Positions 18,095-26,334 of a DNA stretch of 64,000 nt are shown here, piece by piece (positions within the stretch are counted from its first letter, which is position 1; the number at the start of each line of letters is the position of its first letter). The translations under genes and the position numbers were made by a program. The notes under the pieces are model-generated. The model had not been told where the DNA came from. It worked only from the letters and a program-made list of their open reading frames with translations, and searched no databases. Source of the stretch: an uncultured Gammaproteobacteria bacterium (lineage in GTDB: Bacteria; Patescibacteriota; Patescibacteriia; Magasanikbacterales; UBA922); assembly GCA_964612105.1 (NCBI GenBank), contig CAZTEU010000005.1, forward strand, positions 45,039-109,038, read 5' to 3'.

Positions 18095-19834
18095 ATGAAA
18101 TCAATACTCCCTAAAAAAATATTATTCTCACTGGGAATTTTTTTATTTGTTTTTGGAGTAATGAGTTATCCCCCACAAGCTAAGTCTGCAAAGTTAGACT
18201 TTGGAGCTGTTTGTACAGGAGATTCTCAATGCGATTCTGGAGAATGCGAAAACAGCACAAAAAAAGATGCGAAAGGACAGACAATAGCCTACTGTGTGTG
18301 TGAGGAAGAAGTTGTAGGAGAAGATGGTTTAGATTGTGCAAAGAAATATGGTGGAACATCTTCTGACTGGACTTGTGAAGATGGTGGAGATGCAAGTTGG
18401 AATATAAACTATTGTGTTAGTACAAAAGATGATAATGATAAGAGGTATGCTGTTCCAGTAAAGATACTAGGTGCTCTAAGTGGAGTTTCAGATGCAATCA
18501 TAAAATCCGGTACTGGAGTAACGAAAGACGAAATAGACACCTTAGTTACAACACCTCAACCTAGGATAAAAATCCCTGGATTAAACTTTACTAAAGTGGA
18601 AAACCTGCGAGATTTAGCTACCAAAGAACAAACTCCAGACGGTCGAGAAGAGTTATATATAAACATACCATTTTTTGGGGAATACATAGCTACTATATAT
18701 AGATTTGCAGTAATACTTGCTAGTATTTGGGCCATTGTATACATGATGGACGCTGGACTACTACTAATAATTGCTGGAGGTAATGCAGAAAAAATTCAAC
18801 AGGCAAAACATAAAATAGTACGGGGTTTCTCTGGATTGTTCATTATATTAGGATCATATGTGCTGTTATACACATTAAATCCAGAGTTGGTGACGTTTAA
18901 GAATCTAAGGATATTGTATGTAGAGACAGAGCCATATCCAGAGATAACACATGAAACTGCTCATCAGGGTCCAGGTGGAACTTTGCTTCCTGCGAATGGA
19001 TTAGTAGCAAAAAAAGTAACCTCATTTGGTGAGCTTACAGAACAAGATTTTACAAAAGATAAAATGAACGCAATAATGACTGACGGATGGAAAGTTTGGC
19101 AATCTTTTACACAAACAGAAAAACAGGAGGTTTTACCACATTTATTTAAGTATATTGGCGAATGCCCACAATCTTCTAGCTTAATTAACATGGGTATTAA
19201 TCATGCCAACTGGTCCAAGAAAAAAATCCACAAGGATGCACTTCCGGCAGCCCAGCTACTTGCAAAAATTGCAGATAGAGAAGGGTTCAGGATATATATA
19301 TCCTCTACTTATCGCACAACTTTGAGACAAACACAGATATGGAATACAGGAATAGTGGCGAGGTATAAGCAAAAAAGATCAGGATGGAAAAGAAATGAGG
19401 GTAAAATCGGACGCCCTTCGTGTGGTTCACCACATAACTCCGGAGCTGCAATGGATGTAAATCTGAAAATACCAGTAAAGAAAGGCGGTAAAATAACATA
19501 TAAGTGCGTGGCTTGTCAGAACGATAAAAAGTACTTTATAACAGCAAAGACCGACTCAGCGGCCATAAAACAATATGAACAACAGTATCTAGGTGGAAGC
19601 GATGGTGGACTATATAGATTAATACTGGAAGAGATGTTCAAAGAGGCTGGTTGGGTAAGATACTGTGATGAGTATTGGCATTTTGAGACTGCAGTTACAA
19701 CACGTTACAACAAGTGGGATAAAGCTCCAGAGACACGTTGTGTAAGACACTATAAAAATTGGAAGCCTGAAATAGAAGACAATATAAAGAAAAAAGCAAA
19801 CTCTCTTACAAAAACTGGCACATTGTTTAAATAA
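18095..19834 (+). CDS. Pilin-like (TrbC/VirB2-type) membrane domain fused to M15-family peptidase
   Basis: Signal peptide, Cys-rich N-terminus, TM pair around AGGNAEKIQQAK, M15 motifs SSTYRT, SPHNSGAAMD and EYWHFE. Confidence 0.75.
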   Translation: MKSILPKKILFSLGIFLFVFGVMSYPPQAKSAKLDFGAVCTGDSQCDSGECENSTKKDAKGQTIAYCVCEEEVVGEDGLDCAKKYGGTSSDWTCEDGGDASWNINYCVSTKDDNDKRYAVPVKILGALSGVSDAIIKSGTGVTKDEIDTLVTTPQPRIKIPGLNFTKVENLRDLATKEQTPDGREELYINIPFFGEYIATIYRFAVILASIWAIVYMMDAGLLLIIAGGNAEKIQQAKHKIVRGFSGLFIILGSYVLLYTLNPELVTFKNLRILYVETEPYPEITHETAHQGPGGTLLPANGLVAKKVTSFGELTEQDFTKDKMNAIMTDGWKVWQSFTQTEKQEVLPHLFKYIGECPQSSSLINMGINHANWSKKKIHKDALPAAQLLAKIADREGFRIYISSTYRTTLRQTQIWNTGIVARYKQKRSGWKRNEGKIGRPSCGSPHNSGAAMDVNLKIPVKKGGKITYKCVACQNDKKYFITAKTDSAAIKQYEQQYLGGSDGGLYRLILEEMFKEAGWVRYCDEYWHFETAVTTRYNKWDKAPETRCVRHYKNWKPEIEDNIKKKANSLTKTGTLFK

Positions 19835-19889
19835 CGGATACATGTAATAATATAGGAACCTGTCGTGAGACAGGTTTTAATATACAAAT

Positions 19890-21224
19890 ATGACAAAAGA
19901 AACAATAATCTTCGTGTGCTCTAACTGCGACGCTCAATTCCAGAAATGGACTGGACAATGCTTCGAATGTGGTAAATGGGGTACAGTAGAAAACAAGACA
20001 GCAATCACAGATAACAAATCTGGAGACAGTAAAGTTATTGGTGTAGGTGTAAACACACAAAAGCTAGGTGAAATAAAAAATGTAGATTCTTTTAGGAACT
20101 CCTCAAAAATTGGAGAACTAGATCGTGTTCTTGGTGGTGGAATAGTACCAGGTAGTTTAATACTTCTTGGAGGAGAGCCTGGTATTGGAAAATCCACTCT
20201 TTCTTTGCAAATTGCAAACAATATGAAAAAGTCACTATACATTTCTGGAGAAGAATCAATAAATCAGATTAAGATGAGAGCAGACAGACTTGGTAATGCA
20301 AATGCAGATATGTTAGTTATGCATGAGAATGATATAGAAAATATATGCGCAACAATAAAAAAAGAGTCTCCGGAGATTGTAATAATAGACTCAATACAAA
20401 CAATGATATCCAATGACACAAGTGGAGAGCCTGGAAATGTAAATCAGGTGCGTGTGTGTGCAACAAAGCTTTTGGATTCTGCTAAGCAAAGTAAGAGTGC
20501 TATAGTTATTATTGGTCATGTTACAAAAGATGGTTCTGTTGCTGGACCAAAGACTCTGGAACATCTAGTAGATACTGTTTTGTACATTGAGGGAGATAGG
20601 TACTACCAAACAAGACTTTTGAGAACAATAAAAAATAGGTTTGGCTCTACAGATGAAGTAGGTGTCTTTGAAATGAACGAACTCGGTCTTAAGGAAGTAA
20701 AAAACCCATCATCTGCTTTCTTAGAAGAGCGTGCAGATGATACGCCTGGCAGTGTTGTTACTTGTCTTATAGAAGGCACTCGCCCACTACTAATTGAGGT
20801 GCAGGCATTAGTAAATAAAACTAGTTTTGGATATCCTGTACGCAAAGCAAGCGGTTTCGATCTAAATAGATTACATGTACTTGTAGCTGTACTACAAAAA
20901 AGAGCAGGACTGCAGTTAGGTCAGTATGATATCCATGTAAATGTAGTTGGAGGATTAAAAGCACAAGAGCCGGCTGCAGACTTAGCAGTATGTCTTGCTA
21001 TAGCAAGCTCTTTTAAGGACAAGGTACTTGGTGGAGATTTGGTAGTTTTTGGAGAAGTTGGATTAGGTGGAGAAGTAAGAAGAGTAAATCAGTCTCAAAA
21101 AAGAATAAAAGAGTGTGAGAAACTTGGTATGCAACGAGTAGTAACTTCCAAAAACCCAGGTAATGTTCATGGAACAAAGATTATAGAAGTAAAGAATATA
21201 GCAGAACTAATCCAGAAAACATAA
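19890..21224 (+). CDS. radA: DNA repair protein RadA/Sms
   Basis: N-terminal C4 zinc finger, GGEPGIGKST, KNRFG. Confidence 0.97.
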   Translation: MTKETIIFVCSNCDAQFQKWTGQCFECGKWGTVENKTAITDNKSGDSKVIGVGVNTQKLGEIKNVDSFRNSSKIGELDRVLGGGIVPGSLILLGGEPGIGKSTLSLQIANNMKKSLYISGEESINQIKMRADRLGNANADMLVMHENDIENICATIKKESPEIVIIDSIQTMISNDTSGEPGNVNQVRVCATKLLDSAKQSKSAIVIIGHVTKDGSVAGPKTLEHLVDTVLYIEGDRYYQTRLLRTIKNRFGSTDEVGVFEMNELGLKEVKNPSSAFLEERADDTPGSVVTCLIEGTRPLLIEVQALVNKTSFGYPVRKASGFDLNRLHVLVAVLQKRAGLQLGQYDIHVNVVGGLKAQEPAADLAVCLAIASSFKDKVLGGDLVVFGEVGLGGEVRRVNQSQKRIKECEKLGMQRVVTSKNPGNVHGTKIIEVKNIAELIQKT

Positions 21225-21254
21225 AACCACCTTGTGGGTGGAATATTGACCGCC

Positions 21255-21304
21255 GACCCGCCCGAACCACTCAGAAGCAAGCTTCTTTGTGATCCGGACA
21301 GGTC
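21255..21304 (-). other. 50-nt 3' UTR RNA hairpin of a GC-rich cassette
   Basis: 16 bp (4 G-U), 2x2 loop, 5 bp, CUUG tetraloop on the minus strand. Confidence 0.8.
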
Positions 21305-21327
21305 AGACGTGTGAGACTGGTTGAGAA

Positions 21328-21564
21328 CTACACCATACCAACGTGGGCATTGGAGATTCCGATGGAACCCCTGATGATCTGGCCAGACGCTGTGAGGTTG
21401 TAGTTGGAACAGGCACGAACATACCCGCGGTAATTCTCACGGTCATCTTCCGTGCGATTACCGCTCAGAATCCACCTCGCGTAGTCCTGAGGGATTCTGT
21501 GCTCAACACGGAGCCTGGCAACAATCTGTCGCCCCTGTGAAAATTCGCTCTGATGGACACTCAT
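21328..21564 (-). CDS. Orphan protein (78 aa), GC-rich island
   Basis: SD AGGAGG upstream, 5' hairpin 21582-21601, own promoter 21621-21649. Confidence 0.7.
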   Translation of the reverse strand: MSVHQSEFSQGRQIVARLRVEHRIPQDYARWILSGNRTEDDRENYRGYVRACSNYNLTASGQIIRGSIGISNAHVGMV

Positions 21565-21620
21565 GCTCTCTTTCCTCCTGTTTAGGGGTATTTACCCCTA
21601 AGAAATTGAATTCGTCAAAA

Positions 21621-21655
21621 ACTATATACTAAAATATCCCTTTTGTCAAGGGATA
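21621..21655 (-). promoter_or_regulatory. Sigma70 promoter with -35 in the recG terminator-like hairpin
   Basis: TTGACA(21649-21644)-17-TATAGT(21626-21621); hairpin TATCCCTT-TTGTC-AAGGGATA. Confidence 0.8.
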
Positions 21656-21659
21656 CTTT

Positions 21660-23726
21660 TTATTCCAAATGTACTGTCTTTTCCCACTCTTTTAACTTCT
21701 CCTTAATACTTGGTACCTTATCAAAATCTATATCCCTAGCTAATTCCCTAGCTGTCTTAATCAGCTCAACATCCTGCATAGTAGCAAACTGCAATTGCAT
21801 TAATCCACTTTGAGATGTCCCATATACTTCTCCCGGTCCTCGCATAGCAAGATCATATTCTGCAACATCAAAACCGTCTGTGTTTTTCTCAAAAAAACCA
21901 AGCCTGTCTTTTACAAAATCAGAATCACTGTCTGTAAATAAAAGACAAAATGATTGATGAGAACTTCTTCCAACCCTACCACGAAACTGATGAAGTTGTG
22001 CAAGACCAAACCTGTCCGCCCCCTCAATCATCATAACAGACGCATTTGGAATATCTACACCAACCTCAACAACAGACGTAGACACAAGAATATCTGTCTT
22101 CCCATTCGCAAAATCTTTCATTACCCTGTCCTTTTCCTCTGTCTTCATCTTTCCATGCAAATAATCCATGCTTAGTTTTGGAAAAATATCTCTGTTTAGC
22201 TTCTCATATTCTTGCATTACAGATTTCTTCTCAGCACCTTTTGTTGCGTCTATCATTGGACATATTACAAAAATCTGTCTACCTTTTTTTACCTGCTGTT
22301 CTATAAAATCATATGCCATTCCCCTATTCTTTGGTTCCACTAAACGAGTTTTAATAGGTTTTCTTCCTTGTGGCATTTCCTTAATTACAGATAAATCTAA
22401 ATCTCCATAAAGAGTAAGAGCAAAAGAACGAGGAATAGGTGTAGCTGTCATACTAAGAAAGTGCGGTTGAGTGTCCGGATCCCCTGACTTTTCCCTAAGT
22501 TTCTTCCTCTGTTTAACACCAAACCTGTGTTGTTCGTCTACAATTACCAATCCAAGATTGTGAAATACAACATCGTCAGAAAGTATAGCGTGGGTTCCTA
22601 CAAGCACATCTATATTCCCCTCCTCTATATTCCTATACAACTCTCTTTTCCTTCCTGCTTTTGTTTTTTCTTTTAATTCTATACCAATAGTCTCCAACTG
22701 AGAACGTGTAACAAGCGCAATAGCAATTTCTTTCCCTAAAACTTTCTGTAATGATTCAAAATGTTGTTTTGCAAGTATTTCCGTAGGTGCCATCATTATT
22801 GTCTGGAAATTACTCAAAACAGAATTATACATAACCAAACCAGCAACAACCGTCTTTCCAGAGCCTACATCCCCCTCCAAAAGCCTGTTCATTGGATTAG
22901 CCCTCCCTAAATCTTGCAATATATCCCATGCAGATACCTTTTGTGCATTAGTAAGATTAAAAGGAAGTCTTGCAACAAACTCTTTCACCTCCTTTTCCCT
23001 AAACTCAATTTGTGGAGCACTGTGTCTTTTTAATGACTGACGTAACATTTCTGCACGAAGCTGAAGAATAAAAAGTTCATCAAATTTGAGTCTTTTTTGC
23101 GCATGAGTTAGCTCATCCTTATCATCTGGAAAATGAATAGAGCGCACAGCTTCTGCATATGGCATTATATCCACCTCTTCTCTTATATCATCTGGAATCC
23201 AATCCTCCAAACTATCTGCTAGATGTACAACCTGACTCATTAAAAAACGTAATTGTTTCTGTGTAATACCGGCAGTAAGAGAATACATAGGGACAATTCT
23301 TCCTGTATGTACAGTTTCACTTTTCATTTTCTCATAACTGGGGCTTTTCATAACAGTACCAAACATATCTGTACTAACTTTTCCAGAGAAATAAACCATA
23401 TCACCGGATTTTATATTCTTAGAAATATATGGTTGCCCCCACCACACAATTCTCAATTGTTCCTCATCATCACTAACAACAGCTTCTGTTATTATTTTTC
23501 TCTTCTTATAACTTCTTTTACTATTAATTAATTCTACCCTTGCCAACACAGTTACCTGCTCTCCTTCAACAAGATTAGATATAGGGACAGTCTGACTAAA
23601 GTCTTCATAACGAAATGGAAAGTAAAACAACAAATCCCCTGCTGTCTCTATTCCAAGGCGTGACAGGCGGGTAGACAATGCTTTCCCTACTGTCTTAAGT
23701 GCAGATATTGGGGTTTGTTTATTCAT
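21660..23726 (-). CDS. recG: ATP-dependent DNA helicase RecG
   Basis: GDVGSGKT, DEQHRFG, TATPIPR, QFRGRVGR, RGPGE motifs. Confidence 0.97.
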   Translation of the reverse strand: MNKQTPISALKTVGKALSTRLSRLGIETAGDLLFYFPFRYEDFSQTVPISNLVEGEQVTVLARVELINSKRSYKKRKIITEAVVSDDEEQLRIVWWGQPYISKNIKSGDMVYFSGKVSTDMFGTVMKSPSYEKMKSETVHTGRIVPMYSLTAGITQKQLRFLMSQVVHLADSLEDWIPDDIREEVDIMPYAEAVRSIHFPDDKDELTHAQKRLKFDELFILQLRAEMLRQSLKRHSAPQIEFREKEVKEFVARLPFNLTNAQKVSAWDILQDLGRANPMNRLLEGDVGSGKTVVAGLVMYNSVLSNFQTIMMAPTEILAKQHFESLQKVLGKEIAIALVTRSQLETIGIELKEKTKAGRKRELYRNIEEGNIDVLVGTHAILSDDVVFHNLGLVIVDEQHRFGVKQRKKLREKSGDPDTQPHFLSMTATPIPRSFALTLYGDLDLSVIKEMPQGRKPIKTRLVEPKNRGMAYDFIEQQVKKGRQIFVICPMIDATKGAEKKSVMQEYEKLNRDIFPKLSMDYLHGKMKTEEKDRVMKDFANGKTDILVSTSVVEVGVDIPNASVMMIEGADRFGLAQLHQFRGRVGRSSHQSFCLLFTDSDSDFVKDRLGFFEKNTDGFDVAEYDLAMRGPGEVYGTSQSGLMQLQFATMQDVELIKTARELARDIDFDKVPSIKEKLKEWEKTVHLE

Positions 23727-23788
23727 ACTGAGTTATTGTACGGGATTTTTGTAATAAAAACAAAAAAACACCATTTTGGGTGTTTCTG

Positions 23789-23837
23789 GTCCGCTGGCTC
23801 GACCACTACTCCGTAGAGTGTGGCCAAGCCAGAGGAC
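23789..23837 (-). other. 49-nt 3' UTR RNA hairpin with cUACGg tetraloop
   Basis: GUCCUCUGGCUUGGCCACACUC-UACG-GAGUAGUGGUCGAGCCAGCGGAC, about 21 bp including 2 G-U. Confidence 0.8.
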
Positions 23838-23842
23838 ATGTT

Positions 23843-24025
23843 CTACCTCTCCTTCTGTGAACGTACAAACCGTCGTCGTGCTTTCGCAACGATTTCGGAA
23901 ATACGCATGAGTTCCTTGAGTCGACTGAGATCAACCCTGTTCGCTTGCCTTTTCGGTGTTTCAACCTTACCCAGGTATGAAACACCTGGACGATCAAAAC
24001 GAGTCTCTCCGTATGGTCCCCCCAT
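23843..24025 (-). CDS. Orphan basic small protein (60 aa), GC-rich island
   Basis: SD AGGAGG 6 nt before ATG; own promoter TTGACA(24090-24085)-17-TATAAA(24067-24062). Confidence 0.65.
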   Translation of the reverse strand: MGGPYGETRFDRPGVSYLGKVETPKRQANRVDLSRLKELMRISEIVAKARRRFVRSQKER

Positions 24026-24129
24026 GACTGGCCTCCTGATTGTGCTTCGTTTCTATGGGTTTTTATATCACTGTAGGACATGTCTGTCAATTTAAAAACA
24101 AAAAAACACCCTTACAGGTGTTTTATTTT

Positions 24130-24146
24130 GTGCTCCCGACAGGAAT
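24130..24146 (-). repeat. Duplicated tRNA-Arg 3' end (att-like)
   Basis: GTGCTCCCGACAGGAAT identical to 24211-24227. Confidence 0.85.
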
Positions 24147-24211
24147 ACTGAGGTGTCCCTAGCTGGAATCACTCACATAAAAAAGTGTGCAAGCACACTT
24201 TTTTGCGTTCG

Positions 24212-24283
24212 TGCTCCCGACAGGAATCGAACCTATACCGATGGCTCCGCAAGCCACTGTTCTATCCATTAAACTACGGGAGC
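24212..24283 (-). tRNA. tRNA-Arg(GCG)
   Basis: GCTCCCG acceptor stem, anticodon arm GTGGC-TTGCGGA-GCCAT, GGTTCGATTCC T arm; CCA not encoded. Confidence 0.92.
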
Positions 24284-24338
24284 TTGATTGTTATCAACGC
24301 GAAAATTATATACCAAAAAACAGGTAGTGTCAACCTGT

Positions 24339-24842
24339 TTAATGAAACCTCCACTTCCTAGCGAAAGTGTCAGCATGAGGTTCGTTCTCTTTGTCTAGGT
24401 CTTCTTCTAGGTAGTGGCGTAGTGTTTTACGTATTTCTATTGGATTGTTATCCATAAGAGGCACTCTTAGCAAAGGACGTACGTTGGATTTTGTATCAAA
24501 GAATAGCATTTTTACTTCTGGTGGGTCATATATAATGTAAAAATCATATAATTCACTATATGTGTAAAACCTGTTTCCTACAATTACACCAAGGCTGGAT
24601 ATAGCAAAGGAAACATCCATTGGGTCTTGTTTGCCTTGTACAAACAATATAATTCCAGCTAATACAATAACAAGAGCAAATAGAAAGTTACCACTTATTA
24701 CTCCATAGAGCACTAAAAGTGACATGAGAATACCAACAACAACGTACCATGCCATTGGACGCTCATGTTTTTCGAACTCTTTTACTGTCCACTGATGCTC
24801 TATGTCACCAATGAGTGTAGATTCTGTTATTGCTTTTGGCAT
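24339..24842 (-). CDS. Hypothetical membrane protein (2 TM plus PH-like C-terminus)
   Basis: Start likely MPKAIT at 24842, just after a TG-TATAAT -10 element. Confidence 0.75.
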   Translation of the reverse strand: MPKAITESTLIGDIEHQWTVKEFEKHERPMAWYVVVGILMSLLVLYGVISGNFLFALVIVLAGIILFVQGKQDPMDVSFAISSLGVIVGNRFYTYSELYDFYIIYDPPEVKMLFFDTKSNVRPLLRVPLMDNNPIEIRKTLRHYLEEDLDKENEPHADTFARKWRFH

Positions 24843-24899
24843 GACAATATTATACCACAATTGCAAATATGGGGAAAATAGGCTATACTCAGCGCTAGT

Positions 24900-26333
24900 A
24901 TGCGACACGAGTACCATAATTTTGCCACTGAGAGGGAAAAACCATCACGCCCTAAATACTGGGGCTATTTCTTATTGTTTTTGGTATTCCTGTTCTTTAT
25001 GACAGGCTGTCTAAGATTTTTGTTTGGGTCTAGATTAATCTCAGAAGACCCTATGGCATATGATCCGGTAACTCTAGATCCAAAGCCACCTGAGGGACTT
25101 ATTAAAAGAATTGGTCATTTTGTTCTGAGTCGGGATGTCACCCTGTCCGGACAAAGAAAAGATCGTATTAATATATTGCTACTAGGTATGGGTGGAGAAG
25201 GTCATGATGGACCCTATCTTACAGATACAATAATTGTTGGGAGTGTAAAACCGTCTACGGGACAAGTCGCTCTTGTTTCTATCCCACGCGATCTTGGAGT
25301 AAAGATTCCGGGGAGAGGTGTAAGGAAAATTAATCATGCCAATGCGTATGGTGAAGCAAAAAAAACAGATTGGGGGGCAGCATTTGCTACAGAAGTAATA
25401 GAAGATACTTTTGATGTGGATATAAACTATTATATACGTTTAGATTTTAGTGCGTTTAAGCAAATTATTGATGAGGTTGGAGGTATTACGGTTAATGTAG
25501 AGAGAAGTTTTGCAGATCACACTTACCCAGCAGATAATAATGATTTCCAAACTGTTAGTTTTACAAAAGGTATTACAAAAATGGATGGAGACATGGCACT
25601 AAAGTATGCGCGCTCTCGTCACGGAAATAATGGAGAAGGTTCAGATTTTGCAAGAGCTCGTCGTCAACAAAAAATGCTATTAGCATTAAAGAAAAAAATA
25701 TTATCTTTTTCTACATTATCTAATCCTGTTCGTTTACACAACATCGTAAAAACACTAGATAAGCACATAACAACAAACATGGAGTTTTCAGATATAATAG
25801 CGTTTGTTAGGTTGGCAAGAGAAGCAGACACTGGTACCATGAAAACAGTGGTGCTGGACAGTTCTGTTAATGGTTTTTTACAAAATGGATATAGTCCAGA
25901 CGGAGCGTTTATCCTAGAATCCAAGACAGGATCATTTAAGGAGATAAGGAAGATGATAGATAATATATTCGAAGAAGATGTAGAGCTCGGAGTTGAGGGT
26001 GCCCCAACACCTATTCCTGTACAAGAAGAACCAGAGATTGCACAAGTAAACCTAGAGATACAAAATGGTACATGGAGAGCAGGACTTGCTGCAAGAATGA
26101 GAAAGAGGTTGCAGGATAAAGGATTTAAAGTAAGTAATATTGGAAACACAGAAGAAAGACCTCAATTTGCAAGTGGAATATATGACATTGTTGGCAATGA
26201 CGACTCTCACGAATTAGTGACAGCATTACAGGATGAATTACACATTCCTGTAAAACAAAAAGTTCCAGATGGATTAAGTGCAACAAGCACAACAGAAATT
26301 CTAATTATATTAGGGGAAGATATACAAGAGTGA
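24900..26333 (+). CDS. LCP (LytR-CpsA-Psr) family protein with LytR C-terminal domain
   Basis: NILLLG, TDTI, SIPRDL, KINHA, SDFARARRQQ; C-terminal IQNGT..GLA. Confidence 0.92.
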   Translation: MRHEYHNFATEREKPSRPKYWGYFLLFLVFLFFMTGCLRFLFGSRLISEDPMAYDPVTLDPKPPEGLIKRIGHFVLSRDVTLSGQRKDRINILLLGMGGEGHDGPYLTDTIIVGSVKPSTGQVALVSIPRDLGVKIPGRGVRKINHANAYGEAKKTDWGAAFATEVIEDTFDVDINYYIRLDFSAFKQIIDEVGGITVNVERSFADHTYPADNNDFQTVSFTKGITKMDGDMALKYARSRHGNNGEGSDFARARRQQKMLLALKKKILSFSTLSNPVRLHNIVKTLDKHITTNMEFSDIIAFVRLAREADTGTMKTVVLDSSVNGFLQNGYSPDGAFILESKTGSFKEIRKMIDNIFEEDVELGVEGAPTPIPVQEEPEIAQVNLEIQNGTWRAGLAARMRKRLQDKGFKVSNIGNTEERPQFASGIYDIVGNDDSHELVTALQDELHIPVKQKVPDGLSATSTTEILIILGEDIQE

Positions 26334-26334
26334 T

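Noticed and set aside
23716-23839. Second SD-led small ORF (MSSGLATLYGVVVEP...) after the 60-aa gene
   Set aside because: Lies in the long hairpin and runs through the terminator into recG; more simply explained as RNA structure
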